Shown here one piece after another: positions 40,883-55,165 of a DNA stretch of 64,000 nucleotides. Both the position numbers and the translations under genes were made by a program. Numbering within the stretch: the first letter of the stretch is position 1; each line of letters opens with the position of its first letter. The DNA is from Perna viridis (Eukaryota), in NCBI GenBank assembly GCA_037379345.1, contig CM074511.1, forward strand, positions 42,166,862-42,230,861, in the 5' to 3' direction. Below the pieces are notes generated by a model that saw only the letters and a list, made by a program, of their open reading frames with translations, did no database searches and was not told the origin of the DNA.

Positions 40883-41229
40883 TCAATGCAATTATAAGAT
40901 TATTTGATGATCTGGTATATATGCCGTTTTGTTCTCATCTTAGGTCAAATTGCTTCCTTTTATTCTCGATGCATAGTGCAACGAAAATAGGATGCCAAAA
41001 GTTAGCTTCTGTCCGTCTGTCCGTCATTCACACTTTCTTCGTAACACATGGTTTTAGAGACCTTGTTCAAATTAATTTTGCGCGATTGTTAGTAGTACTA
41101 GATTTGTTCGCAGCTTCTATTTAATTGTGGGGGTTATAACAGGACTTTACTCTTCGTTACAAAATCATTTAATCTGATTTCCTTGGCATTTTAAATTTTA
41201 TGAAAAGCAAAAGATGTCAAATAAAGCTA

Positions 41230-42240
41230 GATTTGTTGAATTTATACGACCGGAGAAAAAACGATCGGTCCTATTATGCAATGAGGATGTCGTCGTCGTC
41301 GTCGTAGTTGGTTTTTTCCATGCGATGACTTTATATGTAGTGAACTAAATGAAATTTTGATATATTGTTTATTGCTTCTAGCGGCAGCTGTCTATTTTAT
41401 GGGTCACTGGCCTCTACCGTTCTACATTTGCAAAAAGGGGGACAAAAGGGGTAAATTAGGTCTTTATTTAAAATGATGTAGAAGGTTTAATTTGTATTCA
41501 ATTTTAACGATTCTTTTTTTAATTCGTTTCTTATAAAATTCTGTGTTGTGAGTTTTGACAAATTTAAAATACCGTTTGACATTTTAGTCTACAGGAGGCC
41601 TGAATGGGGCCACACCCTAAAAATCACTTTCTTCATTTTCGGTCATTTTTAGGGAATTCTGCACAAAATGGCCGTTTGGATTTTGATCCGTTAAAATCAT
41701 GTCCCCGTTACTAAAAATAAACATATGGGTCAGAGAGTAGTTGTTTTGCATGTATCTCAAAAACCGTTAAGTTCAATCAACCTCTGACGGAGTGAAAGTG
41801 TTCAACATGAGATCTAGCTGCGGTCTGATTGTAGTGAAAATATGTTGACCCATGTTGGAATTGTCTTTTTTGGACGTTTTTCTTTGCTGTTTTTTTATGT
41901 TATTACTTTCAAAAATCTTCTCCTCAGAAACAACTTCCAAGACTTCAATGAAAGTATGTTTGATTGTTTCCTAGGGTATCTTGCACAAAATGACAGTTTG
42001 GATTTTTGATTTGTGAAAATACATGGCCCCTGTTACTTAAAATAGCACATAGGGGTCAAAATACATATTTTTTTGCAAATAACCCAAAAACAGTTGAATT
42101 ATGCAAAATTCTGATGGAGGGTAATATTGTTCACCTTCAGAACACGGGCCAAACATGGCCGTCGTAACTAAGAACTGAACATAGGGGTCAAAATCCTTTT
42201 TTTGACATTTTTTCTTCGTGCAACTGTAGAAGAATAATAA
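41230..42240. mobile_element. Helentron-associated (HINE-like) repeat nested in the IS3EU element
   Basis: (gtc)n microsatellite, aaaatcttctcctcagaaac, repeated catggcc...ttactaa...cataggggtcaaa subunits. Confidence 0.45.
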
Positions 42241-42295
42241 AGATGAAAGCTACTGAAAAGATAAACATTATATTCTGAGTTAACTGGCAGTATTG

Positions 42296-44100
42296 AAAGA
42301 GTAATCAAAAGAACCAAGGTTATAGCGGTAATCAACAGAATGTAATCCAGAGACAAATACCAGACATGGAAAACAGATACACACAACAAAGAACACAAAG
42401 TAACTAAAATCATACATACAAAGTAACAAAAGCAAATGAGCAACTCGCAGGTGCTGTAGGGATGTTGCCACAGATGAAAGGAAAGTTGACAATTCTGAAT
42501 GAAAAGTCATCAGGTATGTTGTAAAGTTTGGTCAACAGTTTTCCTTTACCATCGACTTCCAAGTGTAGGTCAAGATATGAGGCTGACCTCACAGTGTCTG
42601 TAGTATCCTTTATCTCAAGTTCTATGGGGTAGATGCGATGTATCAAATCCCCGAAATTAGGATTGTTTAAAGATAATACGTCATCTATATATCGGAAACT
42701 GAGATTAAAGGATTTAGCTAAACGATATTCTTTCTTTCGGATCGGATCAGCCATAAAGTCAGTCACATAAGAGTAAAGAAATAGGTCAGCAAGTAGAGAA
42801 GCATAATTTGTTCCCATTGGAATGCCGACCGTTGGTTGAAAAACACGTCCACAACACTGGACAAATATGTTGTCGATTAAAAATTACAGCATTTTGTGAA
42901 TATCTTCCTCTGCATATTTGGAAGATGATTTGGAATTATTTTTCACAAAGTATGAGGAATCTCAACCAAGAACCATATATTTGTATCGAGGTGTACCATT
43001 TTTTTTTGGAAAAACATCGATGTATAATGTTTTAAGTCGGGATTTTAACTTGGTATGGGAAATAGAAGTATACAGTGTTGAAAAATCATAGGTTTTAAAG
43101 CTATTATATTCCGATAATAGTCTTGAACTGATTGTCTCTAAAAGATCTTTCGATTTTTTTTCAGGATCCACATTGAATTGATAGCACTACGGGAGTAACA
43201 AGTGTTTTTGTAGGACTGCAGACCCTCTTTGACAGCTGCAGAGTATAGAAGTTAAAAGTTTTGAAAGAGGTTTGGCGGTACATTTTGCAGATCCAGATAT
43301 GTAACCTTGTTTGTATGGATTTTTGTGGAGTTAAGGAATCCAGTACATAGACGGTAAATCACAATCATCGACCTTGGTAGATGACCAAAAGAGGACAGCA
43401 GATTTATGGTTTTCCACAATTTCTTCTTTGGAGAGTGTGGTAGCAGTATAGGTATTATCACTGCTATTATTGTCTACGTCTTCCTCTCCTCTGATAATAA
43501 ACATTGAATGTAAAACGTTTTGCAGACATAAACAATGCTGTTTTGGGCTTTATCTGCTGGTACGACAACATATTTGTCATGTATAGTAGACAACGTTTTT
43601 GCTACATTGGGGTCTCTAAAAACTGATGTAGCATTGACACTCATTGGCCTACTTAAAACTTTCATTCGTTTCAAAATTAAAGATTTAGACCTCACGGCCT
43701 TTAATCACTCTGACAGAGTTCTAATCAATATCTTCACGTTCTCGTTTTATCCATTTTCTTGTGTAGTCCTCCACGGCATCCATAAAAACTTTAAAGTTAT
43801 AATTCCAATTTATGGAGCGTGGTTCACGGTACTTGGGACCTTTAGAAAGGATATTACGCAGAGATTCGTTTTCGATGATGGCTATATCTCCCGGAACGAC
43901 GTGACCCAAAGGACCATATTTCAATGAAGAGTTTTTGCAAGAATAGTCAGGTGTTTTACCCTTGAAGTCCTCAATCTCGAGGTTCAGCAATAGCCTTTTA
44001 TAATTGAAATCACTTCAAAAAGGCGTCAAAAATGCGGTGGTGTCAAAGTACTCTGGCGAGAACACAACCCTCTCACTGTAAAATCTAATCACTGGAAAAA
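42296..44100 (-). mobile_element. Second Penelope-like copy of the same family, nested in the IS3EU element, internally deleted
   Basis: GHVV.GD, LSKGPKYREP, VVVPADKAQN, TYDFSTLYT, GTN.A.LLADLFL, FRYIDD. The RT is joined directly to the 3' tail at ~42447. Confidence 0.9.
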
Positions 44101-44339
44101 TCTTACACTAATAAACGAACTTAAATCAGTTAAAAAACGCCAGAATCCCTTGTTAAAACAGTTTCAACTGTTTATACGTGATACAAGAAAAGGACTACTA
44201 GCAATTAAATGACATGCCAGCTCCAGACCAGTTTAAACCCCCCCCCCCCCCAAAAAAAAAAAAACCCTCACCGTACGTAATATCAATCCCAATTCTTCCA
44301 ATGCGGGTGTTGAATCACGGTACATCTTCAATCCATACA

Positions 44340-44497
44340 TAGGAGCTCATTTACTGATGTTACTTTGTATGTATTATTTTTGTCACATCATGTTCTTTGT
44401 TGTGTTTCTCTGTTTTCCATTCCTGGTCTTTGTCTTTGGATTACATTCTTTTGATTTCCGCTAGAATCTTGGTTGCCTTGCAATTGATTACTCTTTT
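44340..44497 (+). mobile_element. Penelope-like 3' tail fragment inverted to the copy at 42296-44100
   Basis: gctcatttac...tgttctttgttgtgt...ggattacattcttttgatttccgctagaatcttggtt. Confidence 0.7.
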
Positions 44498-46316
44498 TTG
44501 AAATTTAAAACTCTGTTAGAAATACGAGCAAATCTAACCAATTGTGATATGTAAACACCATATAATATATAACAGGATGGTTAGAAGTGGACGTCACCAT
44601 CTTAAAACGGTAGTTGACAAAAGATGGTACAGAAAATAAACAGTAAACACAGAAGTATGCCTTGCCTGTTACACATGTTCAGTGGGCTATGACTGTGGTC
44701 ATATACATATAAAAACCATAAATGTATAACAACATAATCATAATGCACCCTTATTATCATTGTCCTAGAAGGACTAACAGATAATGTAAATTCGGACAGA
44801 CAGACAGACAGACAGAAGGACTGACGAACAAAACTGGCATACCCCGAACTGCAGTTTAGGGGTATAAAAACTGTTTTCTACACCTTTAGGCCTCATTGGA
44901 ATGGGAAATGCCTTTAAATGCACTTTTAAACTCAAAACTATTTTCAATTGCTGGGGTCGCCCATGACTCATTGGGTAAAGTGAGGTAAATGTAAGTGCAA
45001 AGTTGTTACATGTCAGACAAATATAAAGAAAAGGTGAATGCATTATACAACCAAAATTGTTTTGAGTACAATAAAAATAACATTTAAATGCAACAATGTC
45101 TTTATTGATAATCGGGTGTTCTTGGCAGATAAAATTAAACAAGATGTCGAACCCTACATCATGCTAAGAATACCCCCCCAATTCACAGTTTCAGTCAAAG
45201 CCGGGAAATGAACACAGTACAAATTATCATGAGAAAGCAATATATCATATATTTAAGTATTCCCTGCAATAGCAGTTGATTAGTCAGTTTCAAAAATTTA
45301 CTTTATGCAGATATAAAAAACTACAAAATAGATTGGTAAAATGGAGGTAGATTAGCAACAAACCTGAAAAAAAGGGAGACATGGTACAAGTCAACATGAG
45401 AAAGTAATATACCAAATAACTAAGCATTCTCTCCTGTAGAAGCTGAGAAATCTGTTAGAAAAAAGTGTAACGAACGGACAGACTGACAGACAGACTGACA
45501 AGGTTATTGCAGTATATATTAAAAACAAAATCATGAAGCATGTTCCATATCTATTAGCTGGAATGTCACATCTTGGTCTACAGATACATACATGTATGTA
45601 CCTCATTTGCCATTTAGATTCAGCTACTGGACTCAATATAAAATTTATACATGTTAACAAGATTAATATTAAACAATGTCTTTATTGCAAATCAAATGAA
45701 CAACCTGATGTATAATTATGTATTGACGGAAGTCTTATCTGGTCTGCCGATACTTCATTGCTATTTAGCTTCAGCTTTAAGAGTCAATATAAAATTCATA
45801 CATGTTTACAAGTACAAAACTGACATTATTGCAACAATGTCTTCATTGCAAATCAAATGTATTTTTTATCCATACATGAAGTAAAATAAAACAACAAATA
45901 AATAAAAGTGAAATTAGAGTTCATACTAAAGAAATCAAACATTCAACAAGATCACAAGGTCTTTTCAAACATCTCATTTGCTATTTAGCTTAAACCCGAA
46001 GTAGTGTAGGTTTATTTAAATCTATGAAAATCATCAATTCTGATGTTAAAGAAGAATAATTCTTATATGGAGATCATATTTGTAGATAATGTTGAGCTGA
46101 GTTTAATTTTGTCATGTAAAGTTTTCTCAACCACTTGGATTTTAGTGATAAAGGAAACACTGTAAAAAATTATCAATTACGATATTAAAATGGAAATATA
46201 CTCATGATACTAGTTAGCTTAGAAAAGACTTGTATAAAAATACAGCAATATCTTCATTGCTAATAACATGTATTCTCACTTAACAACATGATGATGAACA
46301 CTAAGTGATGATATGT

Positions 46317-49300
46317 TTACACAATGTCCATCACCCAAAAGTTCTCGCTTAGGATGTTGTCAAATTCTGAACGGAAATTCATAAAGTTTTCATATATTTT
46401 GGATAACTTTAGTATACATCCACATGTGTGAGCAATTGGCCTCCTTTGTAGACCCTGCATAACTGCAAATTCCACTTTAATACACCTACTTATTAATAGA
46501 TCTGATCCAGCACAAAACCTTATGAATATTTTCAATGTTCCATCATCTAAGTTCTTCACATATTTCTTCAGGTTATTAGATACTTCTGATGACTGTACAT
46601 CCATTGGATCTGGAAACTGAAGGATCTGCACTACATTTTTATTGGTTGGTTCTAACTGTCCATAAATATCACTTAGATCAATTGATTTTAATCTTATGTT
46701 GTTATTAGCAAAAACATCCTTCCAACAATCTATCACAAACCTTGGTGATTGTAATATCTGTTTGTGGGATATTTCTTTAAAAAAAAACTTTAAAAATGTC
46801 ATTTTTTGGAATTTTCTTGCACTCATGACTGTCCAATGCCTCAATCAAATCATCCATGTCTATTTCTGAAAAGTTTGAACATGCTTTAACAAAAATTTCT
46901 TTGTCTGGTACAGATACAAAATTATAAAAGTCATTCATAAGCTCTTCCATCTGAAAAGTTTCATGACCCAAAAGACATTGTGAAAGAAATGTTTTTGATA
47001 TCTGAATAGGCCAGTATCCAGTTTTTCCGAACCCATATACCAATATACGTGCAACTGATTTCCATTCTTCTTCACCAAAGTCGTGGCGTAATGTTGGAAC
47101 TTTAACTGTTCTCCCAAGAGTACAGTTCTCGTAAAACAACTGCCAAAACTCACTTAATAAGTCTCTTAATACACCACCTGAATCTTCTGCCTTTTCAGTT
47201 TCTCCATTTGGCAGAACCCTTGTAATTGATAGAGGATTGTAACATATTGCTGGATCTTTGAAATATCCAATCATCTCTATCAAGGACATTGATCCACGAT
47301 GAATTTGAATACTAGGAAAAGGGGTTGCTGCTTCATATGGCAAAGTACTGTCATTGTCATTTACAAATCCTTCATTTTCAAGGGCACCATCCAAATTAAA
47401 AACTATCTCAGGACCTACTTCTATGACAGATTCTCTATTTTCTATTTCAGAATCAAAAATATATTCCGGTAAAGTTGGTGGAACATTAATTTCATAGAGT
47501 ATACAATTTGCAGTTTCACTTGTTCCACTGCATGAAATATTAGGATCTGGTAAAGAGTCATCATCTGATAAATCTACTCTCTTTGATTGACCTTTATACA
47601 CTGATTTCTCTTTGTTAAAACCTTTCGGCAGTTTTGATGTTGTGGCCAAATAAAATCTCAGAATATTAACACCAGTTTTTCATACCATTCTTCAATGGTG
47701 TCATCACCTTCTATTACATCCTCTGAAAAGTCACAAAGTTGGAATTCAAACTGGTCAGAAGATCCTAGTTTGCTTTTCCCTTCAGGGAAAAAATGGCTTT
47801 AGCTTTTTCAACTATTTCTTTCTTTTTAAAGCATTTGGGAAGGTCAAACTTTCTTGTGCTGCCACCATTTTTCTTTTTTACTTGCTTGAAAGTTGAAAGT
47901 TTCTGTTTCCAAAGAGATGGGACCTTTTAATAGGCTCTTCTTCCTCTTCTGAATCACTCTTGTTTTTCTGTATGTTGAGTTTCCATCTCAAAGCTTTTAT
48001 TAAAGAAGATTTCTTTTCTTGTGCTGACCCCTTCAGCCCTCTCTTACAGAATTCTTTCAAAAGAAATCTGTCTCCAGCTAAAGGAATAAACTCCTTCAAA
48101 GAACCATCAGGAATAGTTTGAAGTATACGCTGATCAATCTACAAGAAAACAACATTTATTTTTATCATTTTCAGCTAATAAATTCATAACATGAACTTGA
48201 CAGCATCAAATTCACGATAAGTATATGTTAGCCCGGGATTTTGTGTATAAAAAAGAAATAGATCAGTTCAAAGCAACAGCCAATCTACTTGCTCATTACT
48301 GACATAGTACAGAAAGAATTATATCATGGGCCTACTAACAAACGATAACCCCTGCATGCCTCATGCAACAAACGGTTGTTGCTTTGTTCAAATTGAACAT
48401 TATTTTCCAAGGAGGAGTTGTGCTTATGAGGCCATTCTTTAATTTTGAATATCTAAAATGTCAGAGTTGAATTATCTCCCCTAAATGATATCAGAGAATA
48501 ATTATTGTCCTTCATGCACATCAGCATATGATGTCCTTCCTTTGTATTAAGTTTCATCAAATTTCATGCAGTGGTTAAAGAGGAGTTGCGCTTACAAGAA
48601 ATGTGGACAGACAGACAGATAGACAGGGCAATATCTATATATCCCCCCATAAAGACTGAAAAGTCGAACTACATGTACATCTCCCTTCAATGACCTTCGA
48701 GCTCAATTATTTTTCTTCATGCACATCTCCATATGGTGTCCTTCGTTTGTGTATAGTTTAATAAAATCTGTGCAGTGATTTTAGAGAAGTTGTGCTAACA
48801 AGAAATGTGGAGAGACAGATGGACATATAGGGTGATGTATATATACCCCATAAGTTTGCTGGGGTACAAAGAGACATACCGTGACTGTTCACTGTGGAAT
48901 TGGGAACAAAAGATTGAGTGGATACTAATAAAGTGTCATTTTCTGCATTCAGAATGGAAGACCATTTATGTTTTTTAGCATTATGCAAAAGAAAGTTTGA
49001 ATGTATCTTTTGAAATGTGAGTGTTTCAAAATTAGTTGTGATTACCACTGCCTCAGGAAAAAGGGTTGTCAGAAGGGCATTTTACCTCTGGGATCAACTT
49101 GTCCTTAACATACTAGACTAGACATATTGTGAGCCCGTAAGTGATATGTGAGAATAATTATTTAAAGTTTCATCAAAATCCATGAAGGGGTTTTCAGAAG
49201 GAACTGCCATTATGGCAATCTTTTCAATGGACAGACAGGGTGATTCCTATATACCCCCAAAATTTGTTTGCTGGGAGTAAAACTATTCATGGGAAACCAT

Positions 49301-52300
49301 ATATTCATCTATTTCTAGCACATTGCCCCTGCCAATAATGTTTATAACAATTTGAAGCTTCATAAAATTTAAGAAAACAAGGGTAAAAACCATGAATATA
49401 TGCATTATTTTAATTCTGAAGTGGATGTAATTTTTTGGTAGATAAACCATGCTTTTCATATAGCTTATGATATGATAGTGGGAGCAAGTAATTACTGGTG
49501 GTGGGCATAGTGGGAGAAAAGTGCAGAATTTTGAGAAGAGGGGCAGGAGAGGGAGAAAAGGAGTAGAGGGAGAAGGGTGAAAGGGCCCAACTGTTCACCC
49601 CCTCATTACTATGGTACTTCATTTGCAGTTACCAACTTATTATCATTCAAGACTTTAATTTGGCCATCAGTATAGCCTCTTGACTTTAAGAAGGAAATAA
49701 TTTCTTTCTCCATATCCATATCTGGACTCCCTGTTAATGTAAAGAAACAAATAAATTTTTGTACTCAATAATATAAAAAACAAGAGGCTCACAAAAGCCT
49801 GAATTGCTTATGGCAAACAATGCCCTATAAACTAAGCAACGAAGCAAGGCTTAAGCCATTTACAAAATTTTCATAATCCTCATTTAACTTAGAATACCAT
49901 GTTGCCGGTGTAAACCAAATATTGTTGAAATCCAAACAAGCGTAAAAATTTGCCTGAAAAATTGCAATTTTTTTTTATTAAAATGGTCATCCAGAACATA
50001 TTTGTTGTCATCACCATTCAATTCCTGATACAATGTTTCCTCTGAAAACCAAAGATTGTTAAAATTAGCAAATGTAAATATCGGGGAGGAGGAGGGGGGT
50101 GGCTAATGTTACCACAATACAACTTAGAGTATCATATTTTACCTTTACAATAGCTTTTCGGTCATTATTCTGCATTTTCTGAACGCGATGTTTATATTTG
50201 GACTCACCCATTCTTATTCGAGAAGCAACTTTTCCCATAGCAAAAAAAAAAATATTCATTTCATAGAATTTAGCAATCATAATGTCTTTATATGATGTCT
50301 AAAAAATCCAAAGAATAAAATTTTATTAATTTGTGCCATTTCTATTTTTTTTTAAGAAAGAAACTCATTTATTTTGCGAAAATAAGTAATAGGGTTCTCT
50401 CTTGTGATTTTGAACTTAATGATATTCTAGACAAAAAAAAAATAAAGACAGTTATGATTCTTTATCAAAAACATTTGGGTGGAGTGGAGCATTTTATGAA
50501 TAAAGCGGCTTTCAATTTGTGATGTGGCGATGCTTATAGACCTGCATTCTAAATATCATAGACCTATCATACTATCATATACGTTGTTCATGTTCAACTG
50601 ATGTAAGCACATAAACATTAAATTTTAAAAGTCGATTGATCGTGACTGTGGGGGATTTATGCATTATGCGGCTTTGAATTTGTGATCAAGTGATGCTAAT
50701 GCAACTATATACCAAGTATCATTGACCTAGCATAAGGGGTTCATGTTTAAATGAACTTATATCAGGCACTTGATTCTACGATTTTTTTTCCACAAGCGGT
50801 GGCGGATCCAGAGGGGGGGCCAATGTTTGGCCCTGTTTAGGTTACAGACCACCAATTCAACCAATGAGCATTTGGAACGTACGCAAAAATAGTCCTACGC
50901 AGAAATTACTCCTGTTCCTCATAGTGCTGTGAAAAAAGTTCTCATCTCATCTGAAAAATTTAAACAGTTTCTGAAAGGAAAAACATTTCTGTACATTTTA
51001 TAGGTGCATTTTGCTTCTTGTGATGTGAAGCCTAATCTCCATAATGATTTCTAAATATACCGCTATCTTGTGAAAACACTGGGATTTCCCATGCTATTTA
51101 TAGATACTTCACTTCCGGTGACCAGTACTGCACTGCAAGTCTGCTAACCCCACATGCCATTCTGAGGATTGTGAGCTGACATATGTAGAATCATGCTGAT
51201 ATATAGTCCTCTGCAGGTTAAAGTTAAGGTAAATTCCAGAGAAGCCATTGAATATTGTGAAATTAGCATAGAAGCCTATCGGAAGTGGAATTAGTGGTTT
51301 CTAGCTTGTTTAGTGGGCCCTTCCTATGAAAATTTCTGGATCCGTCACTGATTAGTACTTATATATAAAGTAATATAAGTACTAATGGGAAAAAACGCCA
51401 GGATGTGAAATAAAGAGAAAACCTACGACAAAAATACATTTCATTTTGTTGGTCTTGTCGATATGTACCATATTTACAAGGGGTTAATAGTGACAAGGAA
51501 AAGAAACGCCCAATAAAATTGAATGTGGTTCACTATCCCCAAGTTGTGGACATTTAGCCGTGTTTTACGTCCCAAAGTTTCAATTCAATAATTACCCCAC
51601 AAATCATTAAGTAAATATGACCTATTTTAATGAAATAAAGCTTGTTAAACTCTTAACTGTTTCGTACATAAGATGTTCTAATTTGGAATCATAACTTAAC
51701 TCTTTTGTAGTTTTCGAACTATTCCGGTTTAAATCATTTATTCAGTAAATCTTACAAGGCCTCCTCTCAAAATGGGATACATGATATGGTCACCCCCTTC
51801 CAATATTTTATAAAAATAGAAGTTGTGTCTATGAAGCACGTGGAGCCAAGCATGCCTCCGATCGTTTTAACCAAGTCGCTCAAGCAGAAAATGTAGGTCA
51901 AGGTGACCTAATTCATAATAATCCTGTTGTACTACGAGTAACCGAGATTTATCTACTGATCAAGTATGGAGGCCAGAATATATATTTCCAAATTTCCCGG
52001 GCCATAATGATTTTTTTTTATTAAAAAGGTACGCCGAGTGTAGCATGATACCACAGATAATATTGGGGGACCTTTATGAACAGTAATTTGCCTTGGACAC
52101 ATGAAGAGAATTGTGGATTGTCTACGCATCTTTGTCACATGTAGTACATACTGCATTCTTTAAAAAAAAACATTGCATGATTTTTTTCCCAAATCAGACA
52201 AAGAATCAAAAATTAAACTTTTGGTCATACATGTTGCCCAACTCTGGCCTCTATAAGTTGGCATTACAACGGTTTAAGATACATCAAATCCGTTGCCATA

Positions 52301-53598
52301 TTACTAAAAGCCGTGGATTAAAGCTACATTTAGAGAAGAAATCATTAAATTCCAATGAAAAATTAAAATTCGGCCCCTTTGACCCGTAATTACTCGGAAA
52401 TCATAAGAGCTATCAAAAATCTAATTAAAAACCAAGGCAGAGATTTTATTGAGGAACATAATGTTTTTTTTCAAATTCAAACCAGAAATAAAAAAAAAAT
52501 ATGTATATTACATTCCTCAGACTTACATGGTTATTCTGTTATTATTCCGAGACCTATATTGACCAATCAGTAAAGATGAAGCATAAAATCAATCTTTATA
52601 TTCAATCTTTGTTTATGCAAACACGAACCGAAATTGGCAAACCGTGCTCTTCTAGTTCACAATATTTTCTAAGTATTGCAGATTTATGCAACCAATGCTG
52701 AAAATTCTGTCAAACGAGGATTTTTACTTAGTAACAATGTCGTCAATGGTAAATGCGAAGGAAAACGCACGACAAGCGCAATAATACCTCTGTATAGTAA
52801 AGCCTAAAATATGTATCATCTAACATAACATAACTTAACAAAACCTATCAGAACGTATCAACTTCGTACTCAAATGCATTCACACCTTTCGACTACTGTT
52901 TTATTAGGCATTAATACGCTTTTAGTACGCATTGATACATTGGCGATACCCTTTTCTAAGTTTTAGTGCGTTTAAATTTTCGTACCGTTTGTTTTGTGCA
53001 GACCAATACAAACCGGACTGGTCACGTATCAATCTACGTGTAGCTACGTATGTAGCCGTTTTAAGTACGCGTTGATTCCATTTGATATATATATTACCGT
53101 TTCACTATGTTTATATGAAAACGTAGTTAAACGGGATAGCCAAAACGTGACAGTGTGAGCTTTAATCTAGTACAGGTCTTTAAATCACACACCTATTGTC
53201 GGTGACATTGATTTTTGAGGGTTTTTAGGGTATATGAAAGGTCCATACTTACCCAAATACATTATATCTCCACATCTATGCAGTTTTTATCAACAACTAA
53301 ACGCCTCTTCCATATAAAACTCATTTAAAGCAATGAGTTATGTAATTTGTTGGAAATAAACGCATGCGACAGACTAATTTCATGAAATGTAGTTTTTCGG
53401 AGAACAACTGGGGGATAAAAAATGCTCTGTATGGTTACGAACTAGTCTATATTTTATAACATAAAGATATAAGTAGTATCATCTAGAGATATGCTATAGT
53501 CATTATGATACATACATGAATATTCTGCACTGGCATAATAACGCGTAAAAATATCGAAATATCATTTACATACCTTTCTTCTTTCCACCGGTCGCCAT
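46317..53598 (-). pseudogene. Transposon-borne SAM-like/ubiquitin-like/HECT E3 ligase (G2E3-like HECT), frameshifted
   Basis: Exon 1 53598-53574 (MATGGKKK), exon 2 49730-49633 (EIISFLKSRGYTDGQIKVL), exon 3 48138-46317 (IDQRILQTIPDGSLKEFIPLAGDR; GG.TRK...FFPEGKS...LRFYLAT; HECT: E.AEDSGGVLRDLLSEFW, FIRFCAGSD, RRPIAHTCGCILKL). Broken across several frames. Confidence 0.85.
48340..49280. mobile_element. Helentron-associated (HINE-like) repeats in an intron of the E3 gene
   Basis: Repeated ggagttgcgcttacaagaaatgtggacagacagac...ctatatacccccc...tttgctgggg units with (gaca)n. Confidence 0.5.
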
Positions 53599-55002
53599 TG
53601 CTTAGTTTTCCGGAAATCTCGCGACAGTCCTGCGCGTGATTAATTCGTAATATCAAAATATTATGTAATAATTTCGACTTAGCTATGTCGTAATTTCGAC
53701 TTAACTATATCGTAATTTCGACATAGTATGTCATAATTTCGACTTAGCTATATCGTAATTTCGACTTAGCTATGTCGTTATTTCGACATATTATGTCGTA
53801 ATTTCGACACATTCCGTACCTTACGGCCTTTTAACTGATAGTAGATCTGTTGATGTACTAACGAATCCAAACAGAAGTATGTGTGTATTACGTAAATATA
53901 TGTCTTCTTGTTATTCATAATTATGGTATTTGCTTAAACTACTTCCTGATTGGACTATTCAAACAGATATCTCAAGTGTAATCGTAGTGAAGTAAAACCT
54001 TTAATGACATACAAGTTGTCAAGATTTTTAAAAATCTAAACACGGTGCATGTTGAATTTGTTAGCTGATTAATCATTTACTTAAAAAATCTCAGTGAGAA
54101 TTGAAACACCAAGCTTCAGACACTGTGATTAAAGGTGCAGTACGAGTTCGAGTCCCGCGGAGGAAACGACAAAATATTTGTTGCAAATATAACAGTTCTA
54201 ACATGCTTACATTTTCTTCCCTGTATCAATTTGACCCGATGGAGCAGTGTAGTGAATAGAGTCGTCACAGTCTGAGACATTTTTTTCGTATATTGTGACT
54301 ATCAATAAATGTGTATCAGCATTTTTCATTTTTTAAAAATAAGCTGGCTTGTTTGATCTATAAATGTTTATTTTTTTTGCCTTGTGATATTGACACATCA
54401 TGTTTATATAAAAATAGCAATAATGAATACTTTAAATATTTATTAACATAACAAATAAAAAAAACGTAATATTTATAAAGAAAACAGTAAATAATCTATT
54501 GGTTACAGTAAAATATGCGACAGTGATCTATGACAATAAATGCAGAATAAAGTCGACACTATCGACACTACGTAAGAATTCTAAAAAAAAACGTGTGTAA
54601 CCCTCAATACCTATTGTGGTAATGACTTGTTTGATAGAATGACATCTACAAAGGCAAATGAATGCCTAAAGTACTTGATAATACTACAATAAAACCACTG
54701 TAAAACAATCACAAAAAAAAACCTAATGTAATTTTAAGAAAATATTTCGAACAATAACTATGCCAAACCAGAATCAAATGCAATGCTTATTGAAGAAATA
54801 GATTTGTGCATACTAAATTCGATAGAGACAAACAGTGCTATATATATTGGTCAATTTGGATAAGTAGCAGTATTAAAAAATCAACTTTGTGTGTAAAAAG
54901 AAAACTATATCTTAAATATATTATATCATAATCACATTTAACAATCAACAGAAAACAAAATTGAATTAAAACAAAAGCCATGATAATTCAGCATTTATCC
55001 TT

Positions 55003-55165
55003 AGGACGCTTACCCTACCGGTGCACCTGGTCCGAGTTGCTCATTTGCTTTTGTTACTTCGTATGTATGATTTTAGTTACTTTATGTTCTGTGCCTGTTT
55101 TCCATGTCTGGTCTTTGTCCCTGAATTACATTCTTTTGGTTACCGCTATAACCTTTGTTCCCATA
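55003..55165 (+). mobile_element. Solo Penelope-like 3' tail
   Basis: ggacgcttaccctaccggtgcacctggtccgagttgctcatttgcttttgttacttc. Confidence 0.8.

Larger units (their letters stand above)
37883..53818. mobile_element. IS3EU-type DNA transposon, composite, ~15.9 kb
   Basis: Ends TACGGAA (37883) and TTCCGTA (53818); exact 6-bp TSD CCTTAC at 37877-37882 and 53819-53824; ~21-bp subterminal repeats (gtcgaaattacgacatag); ~525-bp inverted arms; contains a DDE transposase and a HECT gene. TAY..RTA ends with a 6-bp TSD fit IS3EU as I recall the superfamily. Confidence 0.88.

Noticed and set aside
46317-49730. Functional link between the transposon SAM-like HECT ligase and the neighbouring CABIT-SAM genes
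   Set aside because: The ligase is frameshifted, sits in a TSD-bounded insertion, and its SAM-like region is not similar to the host SAMs. Adjacency is most simply chance.
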